64,000 nucleotides of DNA from Felis catus (Eukaryota). The position numbers and the translations under genes are program-made. Shown in pieces: positions 26,724 through 39,057 of the stretch. Numbering within the stretch: the first letter of the stretch is position 1; the number at the start of each line of letters is the position of its first letter. Below the pieces are notes generated by a model. That model saw nothing but the letters and a program-made list of their open reading frames with translations. It was not told where the DNA came from and did no database searches. The DNA is taken from positions 200,634,001 through 200,698,000 of the forward strand of contig NC_058368.1 in the NCBI RefSeq assembly GCF_018350175.1, in the 5' to 3' direction.

Positions 26724-27739
26724 AAACATAATTTTTCAGGGTACAGAATTGTAGGTTGGTGAGTTTTTCTATTAACATTTTAAATATTTTACTCCACTTT
26801 CTTCTTGTTTGTATGTTCTCTGAGAAGTCAGATATAATTTTTACCTTGTTCCAGAGAATATTTATTTACCTCTGACTCCGTTAAGAATTTTTTTCTGTAT
26901 TTTTGGTTTTCTGAAGTTTGAATATGACGTGCCTAAATTTTTTTCTTTTGTGTTTGCATTTATCCTTATTGATGTTCTTTAGCTTCCTGGATCTGTGGTT
27001 GGTATCTAATGTTAAGTCAGGCAAATTCTCAGTCATTATTGTTTCAAATGTTTTTTTTTCCTGTACTTATCTCTCTTTTTCCTGATTCTGATATCTGTAT
27101 TGCAATTTTGTAGCTTTTGTAGCTTAAATATATGGTTCTTATTTCAGTTTTGTTTTTGCTTTTCGGTTAGAGATTTCTATTATGTCCTCAAACTCAGATA
27201 TTCTTTCCTCAGTCATGTCCAATCTACTAAAAAGTCTATGAAAGGTATTGTTCATTCCCATTTCATTGTTTTTTTATATCTAGCTTTTCTTTTTTGGTTC
27301 TTAGAAATTCCATCCCTCTGCTTACATGGCCCATGTGTTCTTGCAGCCTGTCTATTTTATACATTAAAGCCCTTTGTATTTGATCAAAATTATTTTAAAT
27401 TCCCTGTCTGATAATTCCAACATCCCTGCCACATCTGGTTCTGGTTCTGATGCTTACTCTGTCTCCACAAGCACAAGGCGATGTTTTTGCCTTTTAGTAT
27501 GTCTTGTAATTTTTTCTTGCTAACTAAGCCTGATGTACTTGATAAAAGGAATCATTGTAAATAGGCCATTACTAATTGTGGTGGTAAGGAGCTGGGTGAC
27601 TGTATATGTGATACTTTCAAACATTTTTTTTGAAACCTATCAGGTATAATTAGATTGGTTGGTTGCTTCTAACCTCACTGGACAAAGTGGGAAAAAAACA
27701 AACAAAAAAAGATGAGCTCAAGGATTTGAATTGCAAGCC

Positions 27740-27784
27740 CAAGCAAGCAAGCAAGCAAGCAAGCAAGCGAGATAGATAGATAGA
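27740..27784. repeat. Compound microsatellite (CAAG)7 then (GATA)3
   Basis: Read directly. Confidence 0.9.
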
Positions 27785-28029
27785 ACCACTTCATGTTTCC
27801 TATGATAAATATTTGCTATTTATTTCTATTCATTCTTTTAATTATAATGTGTTTCTTTCTCCTGTCCCCAATCCCACCTTATTTTTTTTGCATGATCTTC
27901 ACACACATAAGACTCCTTGTAATCTGTCTCAACATTTGTTTTTACCTTTAAAGTATTTTCTAAAGACTGTATTTGTTGTCTTAATTTCTTATCCAGATGG
28001 ACAATCTCTAAACACTGAGGTGTTTAGAT

Positions 28030-28168
28030 CAAGAGTTGGCAAACTTTGGTCTGTGGGCCAAAGCTAGCCCACTGATTGTTTTATTGGAATACAGCCACAG
28101 TCATTTGTTTATATACTGTCAATGGCTGCTTTCAACTACAACAGTATGCTTGAGTAGTTCTGATAGAT
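28030..28168 (+). mobile_element. MER58A-like hAT-Charlie DNA transposon fragment
   Basis: GTTGGCAAACT...TGTGGGCCAAA...TTTTATTGGAATACAGCCAC...ATGGCTGCTTT. Confidence 0.75.
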
Positions 28169-28421
28169 GTTTGGGGTACAGATGGTTGCTCACTGGGATG
28201 ATAAAATTAGGTTCTGGTGCCTAGTATATGCTCTAAATCAGTATCCAGTATATGGTGCTATTTCTCTCAAAGCCAGAATTCATTAGTCTAGAAGTCAAAA
28301 AGTAGAAATGGAAGTAGCACCATTCACCATTATTCCTAGTTATCCACTAGAAAAAGTTTTGCTTACTGTTCTCGTGATCTTATGATCTGCTTGTCTATAG
28401 ACCTTGATCCCAGAGAGAGTG

Positions 28422-28585
28422 ATGCTTCCAACAGGAGACACCATAATAATTTCATTGAACTGGAAGTTAGGACTATCATCCAGCCACTCTAGCCTCCTCA
28501 TGTTATGAATAAATATGCAAAGGAGGGAGTTACTGTACTGACTAGGATGGTTGATCTTGATTACCAAGGAGAAACTGGACTGCTA
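28422..28585 (+). pseudogene. ERV-L dUTPase remnant
   Basis: Translates MLPTGDTIIISLNWKLGL...(stop/frameshift)...GVTVLTRMVDLDYQGETGLL, matching dUTPase motif 3 (G-V/I-I-D-x-D-Y-x-G-E). Confidence 0.8.
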
Positions 28586-28831
28586 AAATGGAGGTAAGGA
28601 AGAGTGTGTCTAGTATACAGGAGATTTTTTAAGGTGTCTTTCAGTACTATGATGCCCTGTGATTAAAGTTATTAGGAGACTACAATGACCCATTCAAGCC
28701 AAGACTACTAATGTCCCAGAACTTTCACAATGAATTTTTGGGTCACCCTACCAGGTAGAGACCCATGACCAGCTTAGGTACTTACTGAGGACAAAAGAAA
28801 TAAAAAATGGGTATTTCAAGAAGGTAGTGTT

Positions 28832-29038
28832 GGGGCACCTGGGTGGCTCAGTTGGTTAAGTGTCTGACTCGATTTCAGCTGATGGTTTGTAGGTTCAAGC
28901 TCCACATCAAGCTCTGCACTGACAGTGTGGGACCTGCTTGGGATTCAATCTCTCCTGCTCCCTCTGCCCCTCCTCTGTTAGCTCTATCTCTCTCTCTTTA
29001 AAAAATAAATTAAAAAAAAAACATCAAAAATTGAGAAA
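28832..29038 (+). mobile_element. Older Can-SINE inside ERV-L
   Basis: Head GGGGCACCTGGGTGGCTCAG; TSD AAGGTAGTKTT. Confidence 0.92.
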
Positions 29039-29443
29039 AATAAGGTAGTTTTAAACATTAGCTACAACTATGTAATCAGAAACAAGGACTACAGCTGTTA
29101 TGAGTATTTTTGTTTGTGTGTGTATGTGTGTACTGTAAATAACTGTTTTTCTTCTTTCTTTTATCCGTTTATCATGTAACATAAAATGTATAATGTTACC
29201 TTGTAGTACTTTAATTATTGTTAACTTTACATCACAGTGTGAAAGTACAAGATATTAAGGAGAAAAGTGAACATCACCCAAGAGCTTTGCCTTCTTTTCT
29301 GGGGAAAGTTTACTGCATCTTCAGGGGTATTCAGGATAGTTGTATCATGTGAGATGGAAGTGTGACTTTATTATCATCTTTACTGGGATATGAAGTATGG
29401 TTTCAGAGGATTTATATGATCACCGATTTGATGAGGGGTGGAC

Positions 29444-29572
29444 TGTGATGGTTAAATTCATGTGTCAATTTGGCTAGACTATGGTACCCAATAGTGTCAG
29501 ACACTAGTCTAGATATTGCTGTGATGGTATTTTAAAAGTGTGATTAACATTTAAATCAGTAGACTTTAAGTC
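29444..29572 (+). mobile_element. MLT2 (ERV-L) LTR, 5' part only
   Basis: TGTGATGGTTAAATTCATGTGTCAATTTGGCTAG start, then GATTAACATTTAAATCAGTAGACTT. Confidence 0.8.
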
Positions 29573-30477
29573 ATCAGGCTTGTATCTGCCTGGTTCCTTC
29601 TTATCCTGCTAACTCAGGCTATTTCTTTATGCCTCCTACCTTCCGAAAAATCTCCAACGGAAGCAAGATTCTGTTCACTTTTGCACCCAAATTAGCAAGA
29701 TCTGTGAAAGCTTCCTAAGGATTCTGTCAACACATCTGAATGGAATGAAACCATCTGATGGGATTGTAGATTCAGCAACTCAAAAAACACCCAGCTAGGA
29801 AACAAGAATCCAGTCTCTCATTATTGTAGCCAGACAGCTTCTTTGCAGGATTTGTCGTGGATCTCTCTCTTTCTTGACTTAGTGGTAGTGAAAGCCTCAT
29901 ACACAAGGCATGCCCACAAGGCCTATTGCTCTCAGCTCTCTTCTATTTTGGTGTTTCTATTAAATGTAAACTTGAGAGTAAATGTTTGAGTGGTAGCTGA
30001 TAGCACCGAGTCTGAGTTCTTTTGCCTCTCAGTAAACCATAGCTGGGAAAAAAAATTTTTTTCAGCTATAACTACATTTGTAATGTGGAAAACAGTGCCT
30101 CCTACTTTCAGCTTTAAGGTTTATCCTAATTCAAGGACAAAGAGAACAGTCTCATTCAACATCCCTGTACACCCTGTAGAGTATGTTGTAAATTACTGAT
30201 ATGGGATGATTTTGAAAGTCTTCAGAAGCTTCTCGAAGCATGTTCTTTCATTCGTTTTCTGTTTACTTTAGTTTTCATTATAGCTTTATGAAGCCCGGCT
30301 TCCAGCTGGAATTAACTACTTGCTATTGTCATAATCACTCCATGATTTTGTTTTCACATACAGTTCCCTTAGCCTAAAATGTATGTTCCCAACCATCTTA
30401 TTTCCCTTTCACGCATTACTCAGCCTCTAATGCTGTAGCACCTTGAACACCTACAATGTATCCGGAGAAAGTGTGTA

Positions 30478-30804
30478 CATTTGACCCTTGAACAACATGG
30501 GTTTGAACTATACAGGTCCATTTACACATGAATTTCTTTTACAAATATATGGTACAGCACTGTAAGTGTATTTTCTTCTCCTTTTGATTTTCTTACTAAC
30601 AGTTTCTTTTCTCTACCTTTCTTTATCATGGGAATACAGCATATAACATACAAAATACAGGTCAATCAACTGTTATTTGTTAGGCTTACAGTCAACAGTA
30701 ACTATTAGTAGCTAAGTTTTGGGGGGAGTCAAAAGTTATATACAGATTTTTTGATTACTCAGGGGTGGGCACCCCTGATTCTTGCATTATCCAGGGGTCA
30801 ACTG
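30478..30804 (+). mobile_element. Tigger2a/MER8-like non-autonomous TcMar DNA transposon
   Basis: TIRs CATTTGACCCTTGAACAA / TTATCCAGGGGTCAACTG, with TA on both sides (30476-77, 30805-06). Confidence 0.88.
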
Positions 30805-31698
30805 TACTGTCAGAGTATATGGCAGCAGACATTCATTTGATCTAAATTCAATGTCATCTCAGTATATAAAACTCTAAGTTAAATCATAGAGATAAAAATC
30901 AGTATATATTTTCTGAATTCTGGGAGAGATTTTGACAAAATTCAGTTTTCCAAAGGGTTAGTTTGAAACTATGTCCACAAAATTCAGGTGTTATCTCCAG
31001 TAAAAAGGTTCTTCCTCCTGCAGAGATGGAACACCATTGAACTTGATTTATTTTAAAATATCTTGTTGTTTACATGTGTCTCTACATGTATGCATGTAGA
31101 TACATGCATGGACTTTGAAGAAAAATTAGAAGTGATAAATGAGCGAGTTAAGATGAAATGAACCATAGTTGCATTACTCTACTGTTACACACTGTTAATG
31201 GAGATAAATGTGAAAGGTGATATAAATATTTACATACTTTATTCAAAAGTATGTACTTTATTTACATACTTTGCATTAAATCCTTTTTATTTTATATTCA
31301 ATAATGCATTTGGGATGTAATATTAATTCAATTAGTTGACTTCTAGGATATTGTATTTTTAATAGCTGAACCGCATTTCAGTTGCCTTGAAGTAACAAAG
31401 TATACACATTTCATTTAAAATTGTTTTTGAGCAATTTGGTTACTATTTCCAATATATTAGAAATATATTAGAAAGCCTAATTATATCCACATTTTAAACT
31501 ATATCTTTACTTATAGTAATGAATTAATTTCACAAAAATAGAATTGTACAGGCAAATGTATTCAGTTTTAATGCTTTTGATTCAAATTAGTAATTATCAT
31601 TAACTTAGTTTTAAATATATTGCAATTAGCATGGCCCACAGATCAGTAAGAATATAAGCTGAAGCTCCCAAAACAAAGATCTGATACACATCAGAAGC

Positions 31699-31942
31699 AG
31701 ATTCTTAACTGAAGAGAACAAACTGATGGTTACCAGAGGGGAGGTGGGTGCAGGGATGGGTTTAATGGGTGATGGGGATTAAGGAAGGCACTTTGTGATG
31801 AGCATAAGGTGTTGTATGCAACTAACTGTTGAATCACTAAATTATACACCTGAAACTAAGATTACACTGTGTTAACAAACTGGAATTTAAATAAAAACTT
31901 GAGGAAAAAAAATAAAAGTGAATAGAAAAATTAAAAAAAAAA
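31699..31942 (+). mobile_element. Carnivore L1 3' end, 5'-truncated
   Basis: GAGAACAAACTGATGGTTACCAGAGGG...AATAAAA and A tail. TSD GATACACATCAGARGC at 31683 and 31943. Confidence 0.9.
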
Positions 31943-34157
31943 GATACACATCAGAGGCCACATGAGAGTTGATATGATAACACTGGATTAGATATCTAAG
32001 GAGCTGAGGGAAGAGGGGGAGGACAAGGAGGATAGATAGACAAACTTCGCGGATCAGCCAAAGGAAAAGGAAACTGATAGAGGATCTCAGAAAATAAGAA
32101 TGTGTCCTTTTATGTAGAGTTTCAAGAAGGATGTGAGCAATAGTTTGAATGGTGTGTGATCTATACATTCATTCACTGAGTTCTTTTGTAATTCAGTAAG
32201 TATTTATTGAAAGCCAAAATATGTATTAGGTACTATGAGCATGGACATAAATAAATTAGACACATCTTCTATCACGAAGCTTGCAGCTTACAATTCATAT
32301 TAAAATACAAATGTAATCAACTCTACTAGTAGATAAGAAGGTAAATGTAGCAAAACAGTGACATTAGTACATAATCAACGAGTTCAGAAATTATTTAGAT
32401 AAAGGAAAAATATGCTCAATTACTTTGAATAAATGTTTGATATAGGATTAAGTGGAATTTTTCACTTAACCAATTATGGGTGGATTAACTGATTAAATAC
32501 TGCTTTATAATTTTATATTTCTCCAATGACAAGCTATCCAAAATACTACTAACTGACTAATGTATTAAATTATCAATAAATATAATAATAAGGCACTATT
32601 GGACAGCCTTAAGTATTGTTGAATTGTAAGACTCCTTTAGTTTATATAGAAGAAATTTGAATTTTTTGGCAAATGAGTCATAAAGAAGAGAAAAGTAGCA
32701 GAAAAAAAGTCTAATAAACAAATTAATAATATAGATTAAGAAAAAAATTAGCTGGATTGTTTGATCTTTTGTTGCAGTTACTGGATGATTCCCAAACAGA
32801 TTCTATATTCTTCATTGGCAGAAACCATGCATGCCTTAAACTTAGTTGTTCTTTCTCAAAGATCTTTTCAGAGAACTATAAACACAATTGTTCAACAAAC
32901 CAATGAACAATTGAAGATAAATGAAGATAAATGAAAAAGAAAATGTACTAGTACTAGAAATTTCACTATTATTGTTGCTTGGGCCAGTAAAACTCCCTCA
33001 TCTGTCTGAAGGCATTTGAAAAGATATCCCCATATCCATGAATTTACTTTCACTTTGTTCTGCCTACATCATTTTAATTAATTTTTTTATTTTTAAGTTT
33101 TTAGTTAAATATCATTTAGTTAACATACAGTATAATATTTTCATAGTGTACAATGTAGTGACATGTTAATTTTTTTTCAGTAAAAATAGTTTTAAAAATG
33201 ATACTTATTTTTTTAATTATATAAAATCAGGCAAGTAGATACTTATATTGTCACTTTTCCTAAGCTATCTGTATTTCCAATATTATTCCACAAGTGAAAG
33301 CATTAAAAATGACATTTCGAGGGTAACTTATGCTGATTTTAAGAATCAAATATTTTAAAATGACTCCCACTAATATGGTTACCCACCTTAAATTTTACCA
33401 GTGAAGTGACTGATCAAGATCCTGTGTCACTATAAAGGGAGGTGAGAACAGAAGGAAGCTTTGAAGCGACATGCTTTAGAGTTTAGCTGTAAAGTTTGAT
33501 GAGACTCAGCATTTAGCCTGTCAGCCTGTTGGTCTGGAAGTACATTACTTATAAAATTAACAACGAAAGAACAAAATGCTAACATTCTTAGGATGAGGGA
33601 AATGGGATTCTTTCAAACATTTGTTTTCTTTTCCATATCTGCAAAAGGGTTTTGAACTCAGATCTGTATACATAATTTTGTAGTTCTTTGTTCTGTAATT
33701 CAGGCATTTGTTATAGCAAGGAAAAAGTAATGTTTACAGCATGAGTATGAATTTTGAAGGTGATGGAAATTCTATAAAGACCAAGGTAAAGATATTTTAA
33801 TGGAAATTCTGTTTCTACAACAAAACCCTTACTAATTATAGACAATGTGTTAGTAAATTCCCTTGCCCCCTGACTTTTCTCATGCTTTTCGGTTAATGTG
33901 GTAAGGAAAAAAATTAACACAATAATTCCTGGAACCTGTACTTCTGGATTCTCATACAAGGTCCATGGAGAGGCAAGGAAAGATTCCATTCCCAAAAGGA
34001 ATTATGGTATTCTGAAGACAATATTTAACTTTCCATTGTCTCAGTAATAAAGAAATTAATATCTATAAATACTTTGGAGTCAATGTCTTTGGTGTCCTGC
34101 ACATATACATGTCCAATGATGACTAAGACAATGAAAGCGAAGGCCATACACCCCAGC

Positions 34158-34365
34158 CAGGATTTCTCAACAGAAGCACTAATGCAGTTTTGGTCTGGAT
34201 ACTTCTTTGTTGTGGTTAAATGCCCTGTTAGATATTTAGCAGCCTTTTAGCCTCTTACCACTAGATTCCAGGAGCCCCTGTTCCTTAATTATGATGATCA
34301 AAATGTGTCCAGATGTTGCCAAATTCCTCCTGTGGTCAAAAATCATCCCCTGTTGTGAACCCCCA
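34158..34365 (-). mobile_element. MER20 hAT-Charlie DNA transposon
   Basis: CAGGATTTCTCAAC...TTCTTTGTTGTGG...TTTAGCAGC...CCAGATGTTGCCAAAT follows the reverse complement of MER20. Confidence 0.8.
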
Positions 34366-34767
34366 ATTGAGCTAGTATCTCTTTAAGTCAAAATAGCAGG
34401 AGCTGAGGAAAGTACCATTCCCAAAGTGAACGTGCATATTTAAAATTCTTATGTTGACCATTCTAAGAGTCTTTATCTATTGATCTGGAACCATAAGTCT
34501 TACAATTTTTGTAATGGAAACAAATTTTACGTTAGTCATGTGATGTGCATAGTATGAGGCACATAAAAGTTGAGAGATTTACCTCCATTTGCCCAAATTA
34601 TTCTATAATCAAACCAGAATTAGAACAGGCTCATCAACTCCAGTTCAAGTTTTTCACTAGATGAAATTTATAGTAAACTATAAATTCTGTTTCATTTCAA
34701 AGAGTATGCTGATTCAGAGCAAACAAATTGAACTCATTCATTGCACATCAAAAACACACAAAGACCT

Positions 34768-34772
<5 letters not shown>

Positions 34773-34806
<34 letters not shown>
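34773..34806. repeat. (CA)17 microsatellite
   Basis: Read directly. Confidence 0.97.
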
Positions 34807-34810
<4 letters not shown>

Positions 34811-35189
34811 GAGGGGAGGGTATTTGCATACCCATTCATAAAAATTTATCCCATTTTTTTTGCTTTAAGATGTACATTGTTTTGTGCCAGTTGGATAAAG
34901 GAATAAAAACAAAGCAAATCCATAAATTAAAGTTCTAAGTGGCTGTACTATTAACTGTAATCAGTTTATAAAACTTTTTTTACAGATTGCATTTGTAGGT
35001 AGCTATAATTTAATCAAAAGTCACAGTCCAATTCAAATGAGATTGAGATTTCAAAGTGAGATTTAAAAAAAATGTCTTCAGGTCAAATGTTTTAGCATAC
35101 TACTGATAAAATAATATAATCACAATTATAATAATCATAGTGATAATAACTTTTCTTCAATCACATTCCTTTAAATGATTTTATTATTT

Positions 35190-35340
35190 ACTGAATCTGC
35201 ACAACAATCTTAAGAAATAAATGACAATTTCCCCCATTTTACAAATAAGAAAACTGGGATTTGGGGAGAACATGAGGGCAGGGAGTTTAAGTAATTTCCC
35301 TGGAATTGCACAGTTAGGAAGCAGAGGGGCCAGAGGTTGA
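35190..35340 (-). mobile_element. MIR SINE
   Basis: CCCCATTTTACAAATAAGAAAACTGGG...TTAAGTAATTTCCC. Confidence 0.7.
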
Positions 35341-38300
35341 CCAGTGTCCCACACAACCCCCACTAAAAATCTGTTTAGTTAATTCGTTTGCTCTCACTCA
35401 TTCATAAACCATTTTTTAAGGATTTGAAAATATAACTTGACCTTGTCGCTAAGGCTAACCATATGCTTGAAAGTGAAGTTTTTATTTTTGCAGTCTTAGT
35501 GAAAGGAGGGAAAATGTCTGAGTGAAGGACTCTTCTATTGCATGTTGGACAGCTAACTGTTACTTCGATATCTCTAATAGAGGTGTAAGTGTCACAAAGC
35601 TCATTCCCTGATGTTTAAATATGCACTTTCAATACTCTCCTTTTGATAGATCCTTATCCCTTATAACCCAGATTTTATTTATGCTGTATATGTATTTTTT
35701 TCCCACTTATGCCAATCTAATAGTGAGAGAGCTATCTTAAACCTTCAGGGTCAAAATACAATTCAGAACACATCTAAGATATCCAAGAAGCATGACATTT
35801 TATGCCAGATACCTATGAAAATAAAAATGTAATATATGCTTAACAGCAAGACACACATTTGAAAATAAATGACCCACATACAATCTTTTGCAACTGAAAA
35901 AAAAAGTGAAATAAAATGGACATTTTGGTGTAACATTCCAAGATCCGAATAAATTATCTTTTAATGTTTCAGTGAGATAAATGTTTTCATATCCTGACAT
36001 TTTGATTCTACAAAAGATTATTACTGTGATTTTTCTATAAACATTGCATTTCAAATTTTTGTGGACTACAGTCCTTCTGCCAATCAATAATGTGTTGATT
36101 ATTATGCCAGTGTTATGATGTTACAAACAGAAACATGTCCTTACTTGTGACACTGTGTTATATAACTTGTGTTATAAAATTAACACTATTACGCGTAAAG
36201 AATGATTGCAATAAAGTGCATATTTACCCACTTTTGATTGTTATCTTAAATTCCAAAATATAATTTTTGCCCAAATCAATAAAGTTATTTTACAAATGTG
36301 TAATTCCTACGGAAAAATCTGTCCTTTGAGGAACACATTTTAAACATCCATGTTAACGATTAGAAGCATGCATGCATATTGAATTCATATGGCTTCTAGC
36401 AGAGAAAAATACTATCAGCAAAATAGATTCCTTACAATGCTGATTTATGCTATCTAAATACACATGGGGGAATTAGCACAATATATTTTTCTGCTTATAA
36501 ATAGAAATTTAAGTAATTAAGTAATGGCTCACAGAATAGGACACTCGTATTCTGGAAATATTTTGGAGAAAGCGTCTGACATGCTGGAGTTAGATATATA
36601 AACTATATCGCCGCTCAGGAATATTTAGAATATTTCAGATACTAGAAATGACATAGCCTTTGTGTATGGTATGCCTTTAGTACAATTTAGAGCACCATTT
36701 GTCCTCAAGTAGGTCTATTTAAAGTATAATTGACTGCCCTGGCAATTATTGTGAATGGCAGCTGTCTGCTGGTAAAAAGGCATATATATAATGAGGGAGA
36801 AAGGATCAAATACATGCAATAGAAAAGAAAAGCATAAAGAAAATATCTATATGAGGTATTTTAGGCCAGATTTTATACTTGAAAGGGACAAGGCCTATTA
36901 GCCATTTCCAATTAGGGACTATAAAAAAAAATGAATGAAAGTACTCATCTATTTATGAAAAGCAGCTGGGACTCCCCAAACCCAAAACTAGCGAAAGTTT
37001 ATTTGTTCTAAAATTGTTACAGCTTACAGCATTTCATTTATTTTCATTAACTACATTAGGTTTTGTGAAAACTTTCTTGTATCATGTACCTTTGGCAACA
37101 CACAAAACACCTTGCTTTGTTTTTCTCCTAAATAGCTACATAATTAGATGGATTATTTCATGTGTCTGTGCCTATGTTTGCTGAAGAGAACAAGCCAGAT
37201 AAATTAGCACTTAGCAGAACTCACAATAGCACATAATATGCCCTTGTGTTTCGTATAAAGCTTTATTTGTCATTCACGGCTGGTTGGCAAAACTGACTTT
37301 GCTTTTGAAAATGACAGGTGGTACTCTGGTGAGCTCTGTATGGAAAAAGAAACAACCTTCACCAAGACAGTTTCTGTCAATAGCTTCCATGATTTAGTAT
37401 TCAATCTGGGCTTGTGTTTCTTCTAAAGTTCTGATTCATTTGCATCTCTTAGGTCTGGCATCATCAAGGCTCTGTAATAATTGGGATTCTATACCACAAG
37501 TCTAGAAAGGCAGGCTTCCTCTCATCTCTGCAGGCCTGATTAAAAGACAGGTGAAGTTCAGTATATTTCAATAAGCCTCAACATTCCATGTCAGGAATCA
37601 ATAGCCCTCCTTCTTTTTTTAGGGGTTATTAAATTGCAGCTGTAACATTAGCCTTCTTTATCTAATTGATTGTCTTTTCACAGGGCTAAGAAAATCAATA
37701 GCAGTCAATGGGACTGCCCTGTTTTTACCTAATAGATGTTTTCTCCTAATTGGCTGCCTGGGTGGCTTCACCGAGCTCAGTATGTTTTCAGAAGTCCACA
37801 GTATGTTGCAACCCTTGTAAACTATTTTACCCTGTACAACAGTTATTGATTTTATAATGAAATCTAGAAAAATCAATAGCAATCAGGAATATAGATCAGG
37901 ATTCCTAGGTACGTTATGACAAAGGGCAAACTCACTTTGCTACCACTTCAAACTGTGATCCAATTAAATGTGTCCTTAAAACATTACATTTTCCAAAGAC
38001 TTTGATCAAAGTCACTTGATTTGTTGCCCAAGACCTGGCTTAAAATCTAAGACTTGCAATATGTCAATAAAAAATGTAATTCAAAAATAATAGTTTTTAA
38101 TTGACCATTTCTTTATAAAATGAAGTAAAGAAAAATCATTAAGGGTAAATGATGAATTTGCTAGGAAAACAATGTGACCTATCAAAAGTCAATGTATAGT
38201 ACAAGGTATAGTCGACTGGAGGATTCATAATAAAACGTATACTTTTAAGTGCAAAAATATATTCGGTTGACTTGCCTAAATCTTTACATTTATATCATCC

Positions 38301-38558
38301 TAGTAAGCAAACTGCCCCAAGTGGGAGACAAAAGTATCTTCCAACTGGTCGTGCATTGCTGAATCTGTGTTCAAATTCCATCTCTGAATGGTATTATATT
38401 TTTGTCTCCGAATCTATTTTGAATACTTACCTGTATAAATAAGGCAATATTATAAATCAGTTTGTGCTATAAGTGGGCTATGAAGTTCCCAGGAACAACT
38501 GTGTCTTCTTTTTCAAAAGTCACAATTTGAAAGATGTGGCTATTAAGTATGGCTTTTA

Positions 38559-38810
38559 TATTTTATTCTTTTAATATTTATTTATTTATTTATTTTTGAG
38601 AGAGAGAGAGAGACAGAGAGACAGAGAGAGACAGAGAGACAGAGCACAAGTAGGGGAGGTGCAGAGAGAGAGGGAGCACAGAATCTGAAGTAGGCTCCAG
38701 GCTCTTAGCTGTCAGCACAGCACCTGACACGGGGCTTGAAATCATGAACCACGAGATCATGACCTGAGCTGAAGTTGGACGCTTAACTGACTGAACCACC
38801 GAGGCACCCC
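38559..38810 (-). mobile_element. Can-SINE (left member of head-to-head pair 2)
   Basis: TSD TAAGTATGGCTTTTA at 38544-38558 and 38812-38826. Confidence 0.96.
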
Positions 38811-38840
38811 ATAAGTATGGCTTTTAAAATTTTATTTCCT

Positions 38841-39057
38841 GGGGCACCTGGATGGCTCAGTTGGTTAGGCAACCAACTTCGGCTCAGGTCATGATCTCAC
38901 AGTTTTTGGGTTCGAGCCCCGTGTCAGGCTCTGTGCTGACAGCTCAGAGCCTGGAGCTTGCTTTGGATTCTGTGTCTACTCCTCCCCTGCTCATGCTCTG
39001 TGTCTCTCTGTCTCTCAATAATAAATAAACATTTAAAAAAAAATTTTTTTAATTTTA
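38841..39057 (+). mobile_element. Can-SINE (right member of head-to-head pair 2)
   Basis: TSD ending TTATTTCCTG before 38841 and at 39063-39072. Confidence 0.96.

Larger units (their letters stand above)
25810..27600 (-). mobile_element. Old L1M ORF1/inter-ORF region
   Basis: GTTTGTCTGAAGAAGTCTTTATTTCTC, AGCTTCCTGGATCTGTGG and GGCAAATTCTCAGTCATTATT are antisense L1M ORF1-region motifs. Confidence 0.7.
28170..29443 (+). mobile_element. ERV-L internal 3' region (integrase end, dUTPase, polypurine tract)
   Basis: dUTPase remnant, followed by PPT-like GATGAGGGGTGGAC directly before an LTR start. Confidence 0.85.
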
